This document shows, piece by piece, positions 51,001 to 60,400 of a stretch of DNA of 64,000 bases (within the stretch, counting starts at the first letter, position 1; every line of letters begins with the position of its first letter). The translations under genes and the position numbers were made by a program. The stretch is from a virus. The DNA lies in IMG/VR virus record IMGVR_UViG_3300031576_001126, positions 1 through 64,000 of that record. One strand, written 5' to 3'. Below the pieces are notes generated by a model that was not told the DNA's origin, did no database searches, and was given only the letters and a program-made list of their open reading frames with translations.

Positions 51001-54000
51001 GATAAATGGACATTTTCAACAACTGATGCCTTTAGATATATCATATTGAACTTTGGATATGGTTATGGATTTGGATCGGGGGCCGATTACTTTGATGTGT
51101 TTGGTCATCTTGGAGGATTTGTTGGATATGGATGGGATACTTCAAATCAAATAGGCACAAATAATCAATTATTTGAATCTGTTAATGCATCACAATATGG
51201 ATATGGAACGGGATATGAATATGGTTTTGGTCAATATGGATTCTCTTTTGACATAGACATTAATTGCATTCCAATAAAATTAACAAACAACATAGGCAAT
51301 GGTGTTGTTTTGGATTTTTCAAATCTTTCTGGGCACAGTGGAAATGAAATTTGGCAATTTTCATCATCAGACAAGTTTGTCTACAATATAGACGGTGGAT
51401 CTGATATTGGACCAATAAATGTGAGTGATGATTTTGTTGGTGTTGAAAACGGGATATCAATAAAATTCAACAGTCTTTCTGGATTTTCAGTTGGAGATTC
51501 TTGGGATTTTAAAACAATAGATACTTTTAAATATTATGAAGATAATGTTCTTATTGCTTCTAATATTAATTTATCAACATCGTCAATAAGTCTTGAGTCA
51601 TATATGAGCATATCGTTTGGAAACGTGACTGGCCATACTGTTGGCAATTATTGGACTTTTGATGCTTTAGATGAATTCACGTATGAAGTTAAAACTCTTC
51701 CAAACACCAAAACGCTTAACGATAGCATAGTTCTTGGATCAACCATTACTGGATCGACATCTGTTATAACTGGGATTTCTCAACCCGTTGGAGGAGGCTC
51801 AGATGTTGATGTTACATTTACAAATCAAAATGGACACACTCTTGGAGATAAATGGAGAATAGCAAATGTTGATTCTTATAAGTGGAGTGATAATAATGGC
51901 TTATCTTATACCATATTAAAAATAGCGACATCAACACCAAGTCTTCTTTCCAATGGAATTTCAGCAAGTTTCCCAACTCTTAACAATTTGAGAAATCACA
52001 ACGTTGGAGACAAATGGACTTTCGATGCTTTAGATGAAATTAAGTGGTCTAAAAATAATGGGTCCACATTTGAAGCAAGTGGATTGCCCGCCTTGATATC
52101 TCCGACAACATCGATAGGGAGTGGTCTTAATTTTTCATTTGATGCATCACTTGGACATGATATCGGGGATATATGGACTTTTCATCCAGTTCCAAAAATA
52201 GGGTATCAACTTGTGGAAGGGAAAGGTGTTTATCATGGAAAAACAATAGCGATATTTGATCACGATGAAACAGCAAGAATGTTTTCTGATTATCCCGCTC
52301 TTTCTCCGGATCTTAGTACTCTATCAACAAAACCAAGGGCTGGAATTTATTGTGGATTAGTTAACTATGCTGGAAGTTCTGTTGATAATATAGAATTTGA
52401 CAATTCAAATACCCCAGAATCAATAATAACAGCTAATGGTATTACTTATATAATATCTGAAAATGATGACGACGGAATAAGAGCGTTTAAAACCTATGGA
52501 ATAAAAGAACTTCCTCAAAATTGGGGTAAATCTTTTCAAACATCTTTGGGAGCGCAATCAACTATAACTGCTTTTGAAAAAATAGATATAGATAAAGCAA
52601 ATTTTGAACTCGCTGTCGGAGGGCCAAGCACTTTTGTAAATATCATAAGAAGAGGCCATGTTCAAAAAATAAATGGCGCTGTATTTATTTCTGAAATAAA
52701 AAAAGATTCATTATCTGCTGGATTTGATAATGTAAACTTAACATTTCCCAATAGATCTATTTTAGCTATATCTAATACGCTAAGAAGACCTCAAGAAATA
52801 ACAGCTTTCTTTAATATTAATTATCTTGGAGATATAGAGTCGGATGTCATAGGCGGTGTTCCTGTGGCCGATATTCTCTCAAATATAGAGGCTTCCAACA
52901 CGAATATTTTTATAAAATGCGCAGAAACCATAGAAAAATTATTTGAAGAACCAAAAGCCATATTAGATATTCCCCTGGCTCAAGATGTTGATGGAAGTAA
53001 TTCTACAAGATCTCTTATATCAAACACATTCCAAACAGATACTGAAAATAACTTCTTCAGAATAGAAAGTAACAATCTTCTATCGGATGATAGTGGAAGC
53101 GGAAATCCAAGAGAATTAGTTGATTTGAAAATAAAAGGATTAAGATTACACGATATAACTTTGCAAGGTCCTGAAGAAAATACAAACAATATGAAAGTTG
53201 CTGTTACTGGCATAATTGACGAAGGATCAGGAGTTCCTGAAAATGCTCTTCAAAACGGAGTTCATGTGCCTTCCAATGGGGAGATAATCGTTGATTTCAA
53301 CAAACCAATTTATTTAAGCGAAATCAGCTTTGACGTTGAATACTTTGGAACGGATTTAGCTGGCGCTAACCAATCTCAATTCTCGATATATGCTCTTACG
53401 ACATTCCACAATCAAAAATATGGAAATAATATAATTGACAAGAATGATTGGACTTTAATTGGATCTCCGGAGTTTGTAAGTCTTACTGGAAATCAAGATT
53501 CCATTTCAAAAGATGCCATAGGCATGTTTGTAAAGTCAGTAAGAATATTTCTTAATTCCGGGGTCACCCTGAAAGTAAAGAATCTGTCATTCAAAAGTTT
53601 TACTGGATCTTCTGATCAATTTTCTTCAAGTGGAGATGTGAAGTCCCCGGAAATGATAACAATAGATGATCCATTCGGAATCCTTGTTGCGGATATTTCC
53701 GGGATGCCGTCTTCTTTTGCAGTGTTAAATAGTGACGGCAGCAATATAACTATAGATTTAGAGGAAAACGTTCCTGTCACAAGAATTTCTCTCGGAGCAT
53801 ATTCCGGAAACGATCCAACAAAATCTTTGAAAATAGAATCATGGGACGGAGCCACTACATTGCTTGGGTCTCCGGTTTATGAAATACTTCATAATGCTCC
53901 AATAAGCGATTATGAACTTTCTGTTGTACAATGGACTCCAAGATTAAAAGATAAGTCCAGAGAAGTTCAAGTTATTTTCCTTTCTTCAGGGGATATAGAA

Positions 54001-54450
54001 AGCGAAAGTCAATTGAACGATTTAATTGAATCATATAACAAACCAGAAAACTCAGCGTTACTTGCAAATTCTGGACTTTCCGGTTTTGTTTTCAAGCCAA
54101 ATACTTTAAAGGATAGAACGCTTACAATAACTTCTTCAAAAGAATCTTCTGGGGAATTTGACGGTTCTATTTTTGTCAATGCACAGATGGATGAAGATGG
54201 ACCTTTTGCTTCTGATTTATCAGAGGAAACTTTAGGATTAATTGAGAAAAAGATTAATGTAGATTTCCCGCTTAGACAAATAAGAAAAATAAAAATTTCT
54301 TTGACTAGCCAAATGCCTAACAACGCTGGTGTCAGGGTAAACGGTCTCAAAATATACTCGCCAATTGTCGATGAAACAGGCACAGCGGAATTCCCAAGAA
54401 CTGGGGTTGCATGGACAATAAGACTCACAGCAAGCATTATAACGCAATAA
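42010..54450 (+). CDS. Giant tail appendage / adhesin (4146 aa) with nested split repeats, LVIVD-type propellers and two YG modules
   Basis: Continuous ORF with GGAG RBS. LEIYDVSDKTSP, LYIIDVSQPTNPSLL and similar LVIVD repeats; GH..GD.W.F repeats; paralogous N- and C-terminal scaffold shared with 54464-61219. Confidence 0.75.
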   Translation: MADVSIQANEAFLNFSDLEGDISSQKFSITPNLWVGQVFLSRTDELDKIFFLCDNTEALEVELYTALVSGGGQVFTPDFLLASVSHPENGASPFQDISVGNQSNSGGIWRKITFDTPISLVEGAFYIIVFKTTSTSKSPTIFWTANYRQSINPIITASNDAGATWSNDNIETITAGNTQAGAVCFGYVGKEVDTITYLDSGTVTIGGTVSSRRGYSVFLYVENLDPLSTTVGINFSQLPPSDPINGTSEETDQAMMRWYFFEEGILPVSADFEPVLFKTNVQAKLDINAEFVLYIQPDRISPLADTYYPESEINTYANPIGLIPIYSSTKEFIDFDTPSNASDENVNMTASTDVTDRFGIQNWAHLKNKAKLETSGNQRLASSSQNPSYFDFSTENPSKDVEIIKTITLDGTLDGIENEEDVTRGFNRSEFLKNKYIFFSKKAEQGYISSPSYPTTPGKLLAYVADSDLINWERKTISVLDSSPSTLGLTFGDTASTYIIGVYDSVVVAMQGVETLFVLFQTISFSTIGSATFPSGFHIGYYQGDFSESDIQFQLINHELTDVPNLADVNFSKFTVNNIDEQKSRFIFPNNSEILYFSASNASAIYGLGIWKINLTDSLSSIYEAERLKVNSDTSIEQTGISDEKDKQITFVLYDGNTTYLGIRTSISYTFSSVNVPTIGSSYFARVYRTDDFTTFEQLLGGEAYNSASAANFPSWLSGIHSAQDYDPTNEGVVWPQVGEDFIPSNEVKFMHKVGNILHVWTNCSAFTSANTPIHVAIDIVSKSTKVLRLFPIEDEADSSYGTIPKVSDLELYPRSKALRWIEGGSVNGNHIFIYGAESLTSSLEPATMSASLDTFDYVADHVFKSDDFKTRWLIYDDRTINDAFEKYNSLSDFIGNAGISSILFEGTGNDDINIGGTYSGTTFDERYLIEVENKGLVESFTAGVGIGNGPLDDFNASGTPTATSQKEFIVEIDRIAEVGTGTVANAGVGSLNDPSAGFAGSGSNDAQFTTLLLTPLSPKAIGVEITSLAAADVFTGSGLNDLTAQASLNPGLTSQEEFKVEIDSAGLIPNNTGLTASASPAPTQQKDYHVEIVEDAGTEIFLGSGQDDLNATVTSPSESYTYQIEIEKLAYEDQFDPAIITSVVGDDLEAFGNSTEGYLYQVEIVRKAMDVETVTGTFLDDFQVTRQVVFNGTGTNDFEIVESLSQDGIEYNYDILIEIDGLTSYKLSTDGGATFASALNPIVANTPFNVASSGWRGQFTVGSGYVVGDKWSFQTVANVSAVYKVEIDSIGLDPAPDTSPANGGIDDLSASTSGGGPLDQFLYEVEITDQSARNVSFSNPRIATNEDGIFTANQNYDPSTSAGALIKALGNIPENRDFDDLPFGSDAIAYRTEIDGKALDASVYGSYLYTISRNIVSNSIFKIINTSHLDNIPSPLSTTNVSVDGIDFVVSGNYAYIISTSLGDNSLEIYDVSDKTSPMLLSTLDLGIFVSSVISIIGDTVYLVSNVVPSLPNSSSINLIVINVGNPLNPYIRSVTRSTGGGSASALFSSKPLPLREMVYLSQSSTASFFIVNDKDIPLNIGPTDNTFDGGSGQTGIEALDDRLYVASSNNRKVFVYNDLSSMESFVSYVLLSGGPFFEGEMIVKTSSTPTAGANATILTVVAPFPTSGELKLGNASQLTGITIAPSSQFISGDTIFGVESGATATLSSGLTFKNKDASGANQTSTVGFRKAATITTFGLNPNNVHPFNFLIKSSEAIILSSPPITIDSFENSTEFTFTVSGTTATISGNITAQILNGSTVKFYNLTGGSANILFVTYRTVRSVTYNSGPNTTTFTISSILSDRTGGKCFKIVNYTLLAVSLTGTNAGVEIYDMTNIINLDASLNPLIYPSQMLARIPLSDLSGSPNFISNRGDILYISTSAGVDIFEISRSSIVHSHENLGHLIAKKINSTSAGSTIGRLAVSPISISNNVEFIGRVGPVSFTPVSLASSAGNNILQAISVDGRLSLSSISGFNAGDTITGLTSGATAIVFASTIGSTAYGNLNGKFILGETISSSGGGSASNFGLSNPELLSMKSGKYIIKATSSTQYVYSTDGGKTFTTTPILMLTSFAGIGSTGVSIRFESTTTHVAGDIWEFEVGPNGIFDYKVEIDSLWNDSLIFTGSGLDDLKVFGDPTNNIDVEITIDGTAEQFGYGYGFGLGGDFFNIFGFAGPDYGYGGGSFEYDYAYSYDYGLGYEYGYGYPFENNATSTDTFSYVATVNSITIASGFQIPITEDLQNITNGIQIEFGSKGKFSEDYLFTLFGSASPSDGFQIIKLDSIYSDLTSGAIVETQSVEDAVTLGQVSIACDENLMIIGNQTTPSVYIYNTRDPENTHLVGVESVVQNCEDIRINDNLLFIGGNSGGNSQFVIYDLTYAQVSELVEDDVVNLSDPFVNIRIKDDYAFVLVDDSVNIILQSWDISNPISVPVSPDDTLSLSFTSGGADALSSTISGNYHYSAGNVSGTYFLKTVDITNPTALVLSSSISFESSFVVFSITSTNNFLYITGHRTVPINAERLVKVYDIVSTPGTPVFTGEYKDSFDGADSRMTDIKAKDGIVYTMALNNSTSASSLYIIDVSQPTNPSLLTSILVADYTVLLNLCTLTRTQGHTYGDKWNFSSRDTFRWTDDARRPVTIWNEEEVEINSGIQNIDNLTAVLFLEKTAGYALGDTWDFSTVDTFRWAADITGTVLDISDSSFEWQEEKIKAPFEGGVIDLESTSPFDNPNVKLDFFDSNGYFIGDFIDWSYTQQDSYSVRIYEFNPLLGLDVIRTSPFLITPTTPTLPTNQLVTAGSPVSVAITSPEATGPVFVEFDGGIGHKTGDKWTFTTLDTFRWTDKVFPQLIDNDPISGFVIQWNETKVPIMTDVLTLYSLNNNVDITIGNKNGHDIGDAWIFSTVDTFKYSVGDDLDDLSQKRTDIPIPLEGGISSIGKQDTAANDKDSENNVFIDSNYDVGHSIGDKWTFSTTDAFRYIILNFGYGYGFGSGADYFDVFGHLGGFVGYGWDTSNQIGTNNQLFESVNASQYGYGTGYEYGFGQYGFSFDIDINCIPIKLTNNIGNGVVLDFSNLSGHSGNEIWQFSSSDKFVYNIDGGSDIGPINVSDDFVGVENGISIKFNSLSGFSVGDSWDFKTIDTFKYYEDNVLIASNINLSTSSISLESYMSISFGNVTGHTVGNYWTFDALDEFTYEVKTLPNTKTLNDSIVLGSTITGSTSVITGISQPVGGGSDVDVTFTNQNGHTLGDKWRIANVDSYKWSDNNGLSYTILKIATSTPSLLSNGISASFPTLNNLRNHNVGDKWTFDALDEIKWSKNNGSTFEASGLPALISPTTSIGSGLNFSFDASLGHDIGDIWTFHPVPKIGYQLVEGKGVYHGKTIAIFDHDETARMFSDYPALSPDLSTLSTKPRAGIYCGLVNYAGSSVDNIEFDNSNTPESIITANGITYIISENDDDGIRAFKTYGIKELPQNWGKSFQTSLGAQSTITAFEKIDIDKANFELAVGGPSTFVNIIRRGHVQKINGAVFISEIKKDSLSAGFDNVNLTFPNRSILAISNTLRRPQEITAFFNINYLGDIESDVIGGVPVADILSNIEASNTNIFIKCAETIEKLFEEPKAILDIPLAQDVDGSNSTRSLISNTFQTDTENNFFRIESNNLLSDDSGSGNPRELVDLKIKGLRLHDITLQGPEENTNNMKVAVTGIIDEGSGVPENALQNGVHVPSNGEIIVDFNKPIYLSEISFDVEYFGTDLAGANQSQFSIYALTTFHNQKYGNNIIDKNDWTLIGSPEFVSLTGNQDSISKDAIGMFVKSVRIFLNSGVTLKVKNLSFKSFTGSSDQFSSSGDVKSPEMITIDDPFGILVADISGMPSSFAVLNSDGSNITIDLEENVPVTRISLGAYSGNDPTKSLKIESWDGATTLLGSPVYEILHNAPISDYELSVVQWTPRLKDKSREVQVIFLSSGDIESESQLNDLIESYNKPENSALLANSGLSGFVFKPNTLKDRTLTITSSKESSGEFDGSIFVNAQMDEDGPFASDLSEETLGLIEKKINVDFPLRQIRKIKISLTSQMPNNAGVRVNGLKIYSPIVDETGTAEFPRTGVAWTIRLTASIITQ

Positions 54451-54463
54451 GTGGAGAGAATTA

Positions 54464-57400
54464 ATGTCCACTCGCACGGATTTTAAAATAAAAACAAGTG
54501 AATCATTTTTTAATTTGCCGGACACTTCTAATGTTGCTGTGCAGAAATTCACAATAACTAATGAAAATTGGATAGGTCAAGTTTTTATTTCAAAAAGTTC
54601 AGAACTTCAAAAATTCTTTTTCCTTTGCAACGACACCGAAGGTCTTGAAGTTTTTATTCACAAAGCTGATGTTTCTACTTCAAACGGAAGAACAATTTAT
54701 ACTCCAAATCAAATTGTTGTTTCTATCATTCATGAAGTTGATGGCCTAAGTCCATTTCAAGTTATTGAAAAAGACAATCCAGATAGTGTTGCCTCGTGGA
54801 ATTATCCGAATTGGCTTGCAACACCGCAAACAGCGAATGATCAGGAAGAACCCTACATTGTTGTTTTCAAGACAACATCAGATAAAAAACCCGAAGTTTA
54901 TTACACTTTTGAATACAGACAACCTATATTTCCTCAAATAATAGGTTGGAACGGAGAAGCATGGTCGAATAACAACATATCCACAAAAACAGTGAACAAA
55001 ACACAAATAGGCGCAGTCTGTTTTGGATTTATAGGAAACAATTTAAGAGAACATGATCTTGACTTGGGATCTTTGATTGTTGGAGGAAGAGATACGGCAA
55101 GAAGAGGATACCCGGTATTTATTTTTGCTGAAAATATTTCTTCTCAAAACGACAATATTATTTTGGATTTCTCAACAGTTTCTCCTGAAGATTCTTCTCT
55201 TGGAACTCCTGAAGAAACTTCAAAATCCATGATGAAATGGTATAGGTTCAATAGAAACACATTGCCGACTTCTAAGAATTTAGAATTGCTTGATGCTGAG
55301 TTTAAGACGGAATTAAATGCTGAAAACAATTTTGTGTTATTTATACATCCCGATAAACTGTCTCCATTTGCAGACACCTATCTTCCACCGTCCGACATAG
55401 AAATGATATCTAATAAAATAGGAGTTGTTCCAATTTATGATAGTGGAGAGACCAACAATAGATTTGCAACCGATTTTACAAATAGATTTCAGAAAAAATT
55501 CTGGGCTAAGTTTTCTAAAGATACTATTCTTGATCCAATAATATCTACTATAACAACTTCGGAAAAAGATCTTGATGAGAAAAGTTTAAGTGGTTTTTTG
55601 AATGGTAACTTCGCAAATGGAACAACCTCATGGCTAACTTCAGGTTCCACTATTGTCTCGGAAACTGGGACTGGAAATTTTTTGACTGGGAACGGAATAA
55701 CAAATTCAAAAAGTATAAAATTCAACCATCCTTCAAGTGGCGCATCTTTTGGTTCTCAATCTCATCCATCGTTTTTTCAATCCATAACTACTCAAAATTT
55801 GGAATCTCAAATTACTGGCAATAGTGTTTATGATTCAATAACACCGGCCGATGAATTGGAAAATCCAAGCGATCCAGATGGAGATGGGACAAGTGGAAGA
55901 TTGCATTATGTTTATTATGTCAAACGCTCAATGACGGGGTTTGCGGCAACAGAAAACGGCATAACAAGATTAGCTTTTGTGAAACAAAATGGCCAAAGTT
56001 ACATAGAAATAGTCCCAAATTATGAAGAAATATTACCTGAGGGAGAAACGGTTCCAACAACTATATCGCCTTTGGATGGCTATGAATATAGTGACACTCA
56101 GGGATGGGTCAGAATTAGTGGATATTTCAATCTAAGGACAGGCGGATCATATACAATTGATTTTTCTCCGACAGGGGCATATATAAATGGAACTTCCTAT
56201 TTTGTTATAAGGCCAACTATTCCAGCTTCAACTCAAGAAGTTTTTGTTGATGAAGTTTCTTTGACTTATTTTGATGCAACGCAGATAACGCAAACAGATG
56301 ATATAATAACAGGCAGAAACGCTTCTGGTAGCAGAAATCCAGACTATATAGATTTTTCTTTCGAAAATCCTAATGGAGAAGTTGATATTGTAAAAAAATT
56401 AACTCTATCTTCAGACATATTGGATGGGTCTTTAACCGAAAAAGAATTGGTTAGGGGTTTTGATAAGGTTGTGTTTTACAAAGGCAAATATGTTTTTTTC
56501 TCAAAAAAAACAATTGACGGACTGTTGGTTTCAAGTCCAGCTTCTATTCCAGCTACTCCGGGCAAGCTTGTTGTTTATGTTGCCGATAGCGATCTGACAA
56601 ATTTTCAAAAGAAAACAGTTCAACTTTTGGATTCTTCGCCATCAACACTTGGAATTGGCACTGGTGGAACAGAAAAAACTTATATCATAGGATTGAACGA
56701 TACAATTGTCACGAATGTATCTGGTGAAGAAACAATATTGTTTTTAACAAAAACTTTTGTAGCTTTGGGTGTCTCTCCAATTTCATATCCATCCCAATTT
56801 GACATTGGATATTATCAAGGAGATCTCTCTGAATCAACAATAAATATTCAACTAATAAATCACGAATCCACGGGGGCTCTAGACCTATCGTCAACACCAA
56901 TTGATAGATATTTTGGATCTTTTGCTCATCTTGACTCAAGAATACTTTCCGATGATAAAAATAATGCAATTTTCATATCTCCAAATAATTTAAATAATAT
57001 TTATATTTCTGCAAGTTCTGATAATTGTTCTCAAAATAAATTTGTTGGATTGGGATTGTGGAAAATAGATCTTAATGATAGTTTGTCGTCAATTTATGAA
57101 GCCGAAAGATTAAAGCCAAATTTTGAAATTCAAGCTATAGATATAAATCTAGGAACATTAAACACTGCTCAAACTGGCATATCTTCATTTAGAGATTCCA
57201 GAATAACATTTGTTTTATACGACGGGAATACAACTTATCTCGGAGTCAGAGGAAGAACTCTTTGGACGCAACCATTGTCGGTCAATGTTCTTTCCGAACA
57301 AAATACATGCAGAATATATAGAACAGTTGATTTTGTTACATTTGAACAATTGCTGGGGAACGAACCAATTTATTCTTCTGGCAATTTGCCATCTTGGCTT

Positions 57401-60400
57401 GCTGAATTTAGTTCAATAGAGGATCTGTTCACAACATCTGGGCTTGGAGACGAGATAATAAATAATGATGTAAAATTCATGTATAAAGTAGGAAATATAT
57501 TGCATGCATGGATATGTCCTCATTTTTTTGATGAAAAAAACACACCAATGCATATTGGCATAGATACAAATAACAAACTTATTTCGGTTTTAAGAAAATT
57601 TCCAATAGAAAATGTTGGCGATTCTAATTATGAGATATCTCCAAAAGTTTCAGATCTTGAGCTATACCCAAGAAGCAAAGCGTTAAGATGGATCGAAGAC
57701 GGTTCAGTAAATGGAAACTATATTTATATCTGTGGGGCCGATACATTATCCTCAAACACTGAAAATCCAACTCAAGATATAATAAATATAAATGATAATG
57801 TTCCTGTTTGCCATAGTTATCCAGATTCTTATTCTGCAAGATGGATAATGTATGATGACAGAATAATAAACAAACCTTTTGTATCTGATATAAACAATAG
57901 AAAATTTTTTATGTTTATCCCAAACTCAACATCCTTAATTGCGATTGGTGTCGGAAGAGATTCCGCAGAATTGGTAAAGGATTATCCCAGTATAACGTCA
58001 ACGTATGCCGACTTAGCTGTGAAATTAAATAGCGATGTTGGATATTACAAAGAGAATCCTCCAGTAAATAAAATTAAAATACTAGATATGAGAGACGGAA
58101 CAAATATAACTGTTATTAATAATACTGGAATAAGTGGAGGTGAAAATTTTGGAACAATAAACAATGGAATTTTTGTAACAAACAACAATGTTTATATAAC
58201 AAAGGGATCTGATTTTAGAATATATACTTCGGCTTCCATTTTAAACCCAAATTCTTCAGTTTTTGGATCCGTTTCCATTTCATCTCCTTTTGGGAAAAAG
58301 TTTTTTGGAACAGTTTCTGTATTTGAGCCAAACATTGCAGTAGGAATAATTGTAGATCTAGCAACCGGATTCCTGTCTAGTTTGGTTTTGATAAACATAT
58401 CAAATAAAGCATTCCCTTCGGCAATTCAATATTTGCCAAATCTTCCCTTTGGTGAAAGTTATTTATCTTTAGATTTTAGCGATACAGGAAACACATTGTA
58501 TGCCGCCGGGAGAAATGTTAGTGGAAATTTTATAGATATTTTTGATGTAAGTTCATCAATGTTGAATTTTGTAACGAGATTACAGACGGGCTCAACTTTT
58601 TTCTTTACAGACAGAATAAAAGTTCAAAGAGGAAAAAACAAAATAATATACAACATTTCTAATGTTGTTTTCGTATACGATATCTCTGCCGAATTAAATC
58701 CTATTCTTATGGATTCAATTGGTTTTTTAGCAAACATAGCTTTTATATCTTTCTTAAACGGAGGTCATCCTGAATCTGACGAAATTGATGATATAATATT
58801 CGTGGTATTAACAAATGGCGAAATCAATGCCTTGGATATCTCGAATATATCTATTGATGGTATTGTTACTTTGTATAATAAAAAAATATTAAATAGCGTT
58901 GTTCCTTTTACTCATTTTTCTGACATAGGAAGTTCTATAAAAATCAGAGAAGGTTTTGAAACGATAAGAGGCAAGGGCATATACAATGGAAAAACGGTTA
59001 TAAAATTTGATCATGATGAAAAATCATCAACTTTTAAAAAATATCCAGCTTTATTCCCTGACGATTCCACCGTAGAGACTAAACCAAGAGTCGGCATGTA
59101 TTGTGGATTGGTTTCTTATGGTTCTGATGAAAACATAGGAATAGAAAATGACACAAACAACATTATATCAAAATTATTTTCTTATGGTGGTATAAATTAT
59201 ATTTCTGTTAATAATGAAAATAGTGGATTTAATTTATATAAAACATATGGCATTAAAGAACTTCCACAAAATTGGGGCAATTCTTATAGAGACATAGAGG
59301 GAAACTTGGCCGACATAAACACCTATTATTCTCTTGATATAGATAAAGCTGCATTTGAAAATGTTTTTTTTGGCAAAGAAACATTTAAAAATATATCTAG
59401 AATATCGGAAACAATAAATTCAAACAATACATATTTTATTTCAGAATTAAAAACAAACAATTTATCATCCAATTTTATTGACATAGATACGGATAATCCA
59501 GAAAGAAATCTTGTATTTTTAAATCTAAATTACAAAAAACCACAACACATATCTATGTTTTATAATCTAAATTATTTTGGAGATGGTTCTGACATATTGG
59601 ATTTGAGTGACACAAACACATCTGAGACAGAATTAACGTTTACTTCCGCACAAACATTGGAAAAACTTTTTACAGATCCGGATCAAATTATAACCATACC
59701 TTTGGCTCAGGAAGTTTCCAATGATCCATCAAATAGGACTTTTATAAGAAAAACTTTACCAGCAGATATCTCATCTAATTTTTTCAGAATAGAATCAAGC
59801 TCAGTTTATGATAATGAGGCTAATGGTATAAATGTTTATATAAAATCTCTTTCTGTGAATGATGTTTCTCTTAGTTTCCCCGATTCTGAGACAGCAATTA
59901 AAACCGTGGTGGTTAATGGAATTGTATACGGAACATCACAAAGTCCAGAAAATATTATAGAAAATGACGCTATTTTGCCTCCAGATGGGGAAATAATAAT
60001 AGACTTCACTAAACCAATATATATAAATGAAATAAATTTCAAAGCCAAATATTCAAGCCCAGACTTTAAAGGTGTTGGAAGAGCAGAGTTTGAATTTTTA
60101 GCAATAACAAATATTGAAAAGGAATCAACGGGCAATGACTTGGTGTCTTCTAAAGACTGGATAAGTCTTGGAAATTCTGTATTTTATGGAAACCTAAATA
60201 ACGAAAGCGAAATATCAAAGAAAAACATATTGTCATACATACAATCTATTAGAATAATTTTAAAGTCTTCAATATCTATAACAATCAAAGAATTATCGAT
60301 AAGGGGCTTTTCTTCTGGATTATTAAATCAATTTGTTTCGTCTGGAGATATCAAATCCCAAGAATTAATTTTAGTAGATGATATTTTCGGTTTGCTTGAG

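Noticed and set aside
44425-57696. Possible diversity-generating retroelement TR/VR pair
   Set aside because: The mismatches are T/C at synonymous sites rather than adenine-specific on the coding strand, both copies lie inside paralogous genes, and there is no reverse transcriptase in the window.
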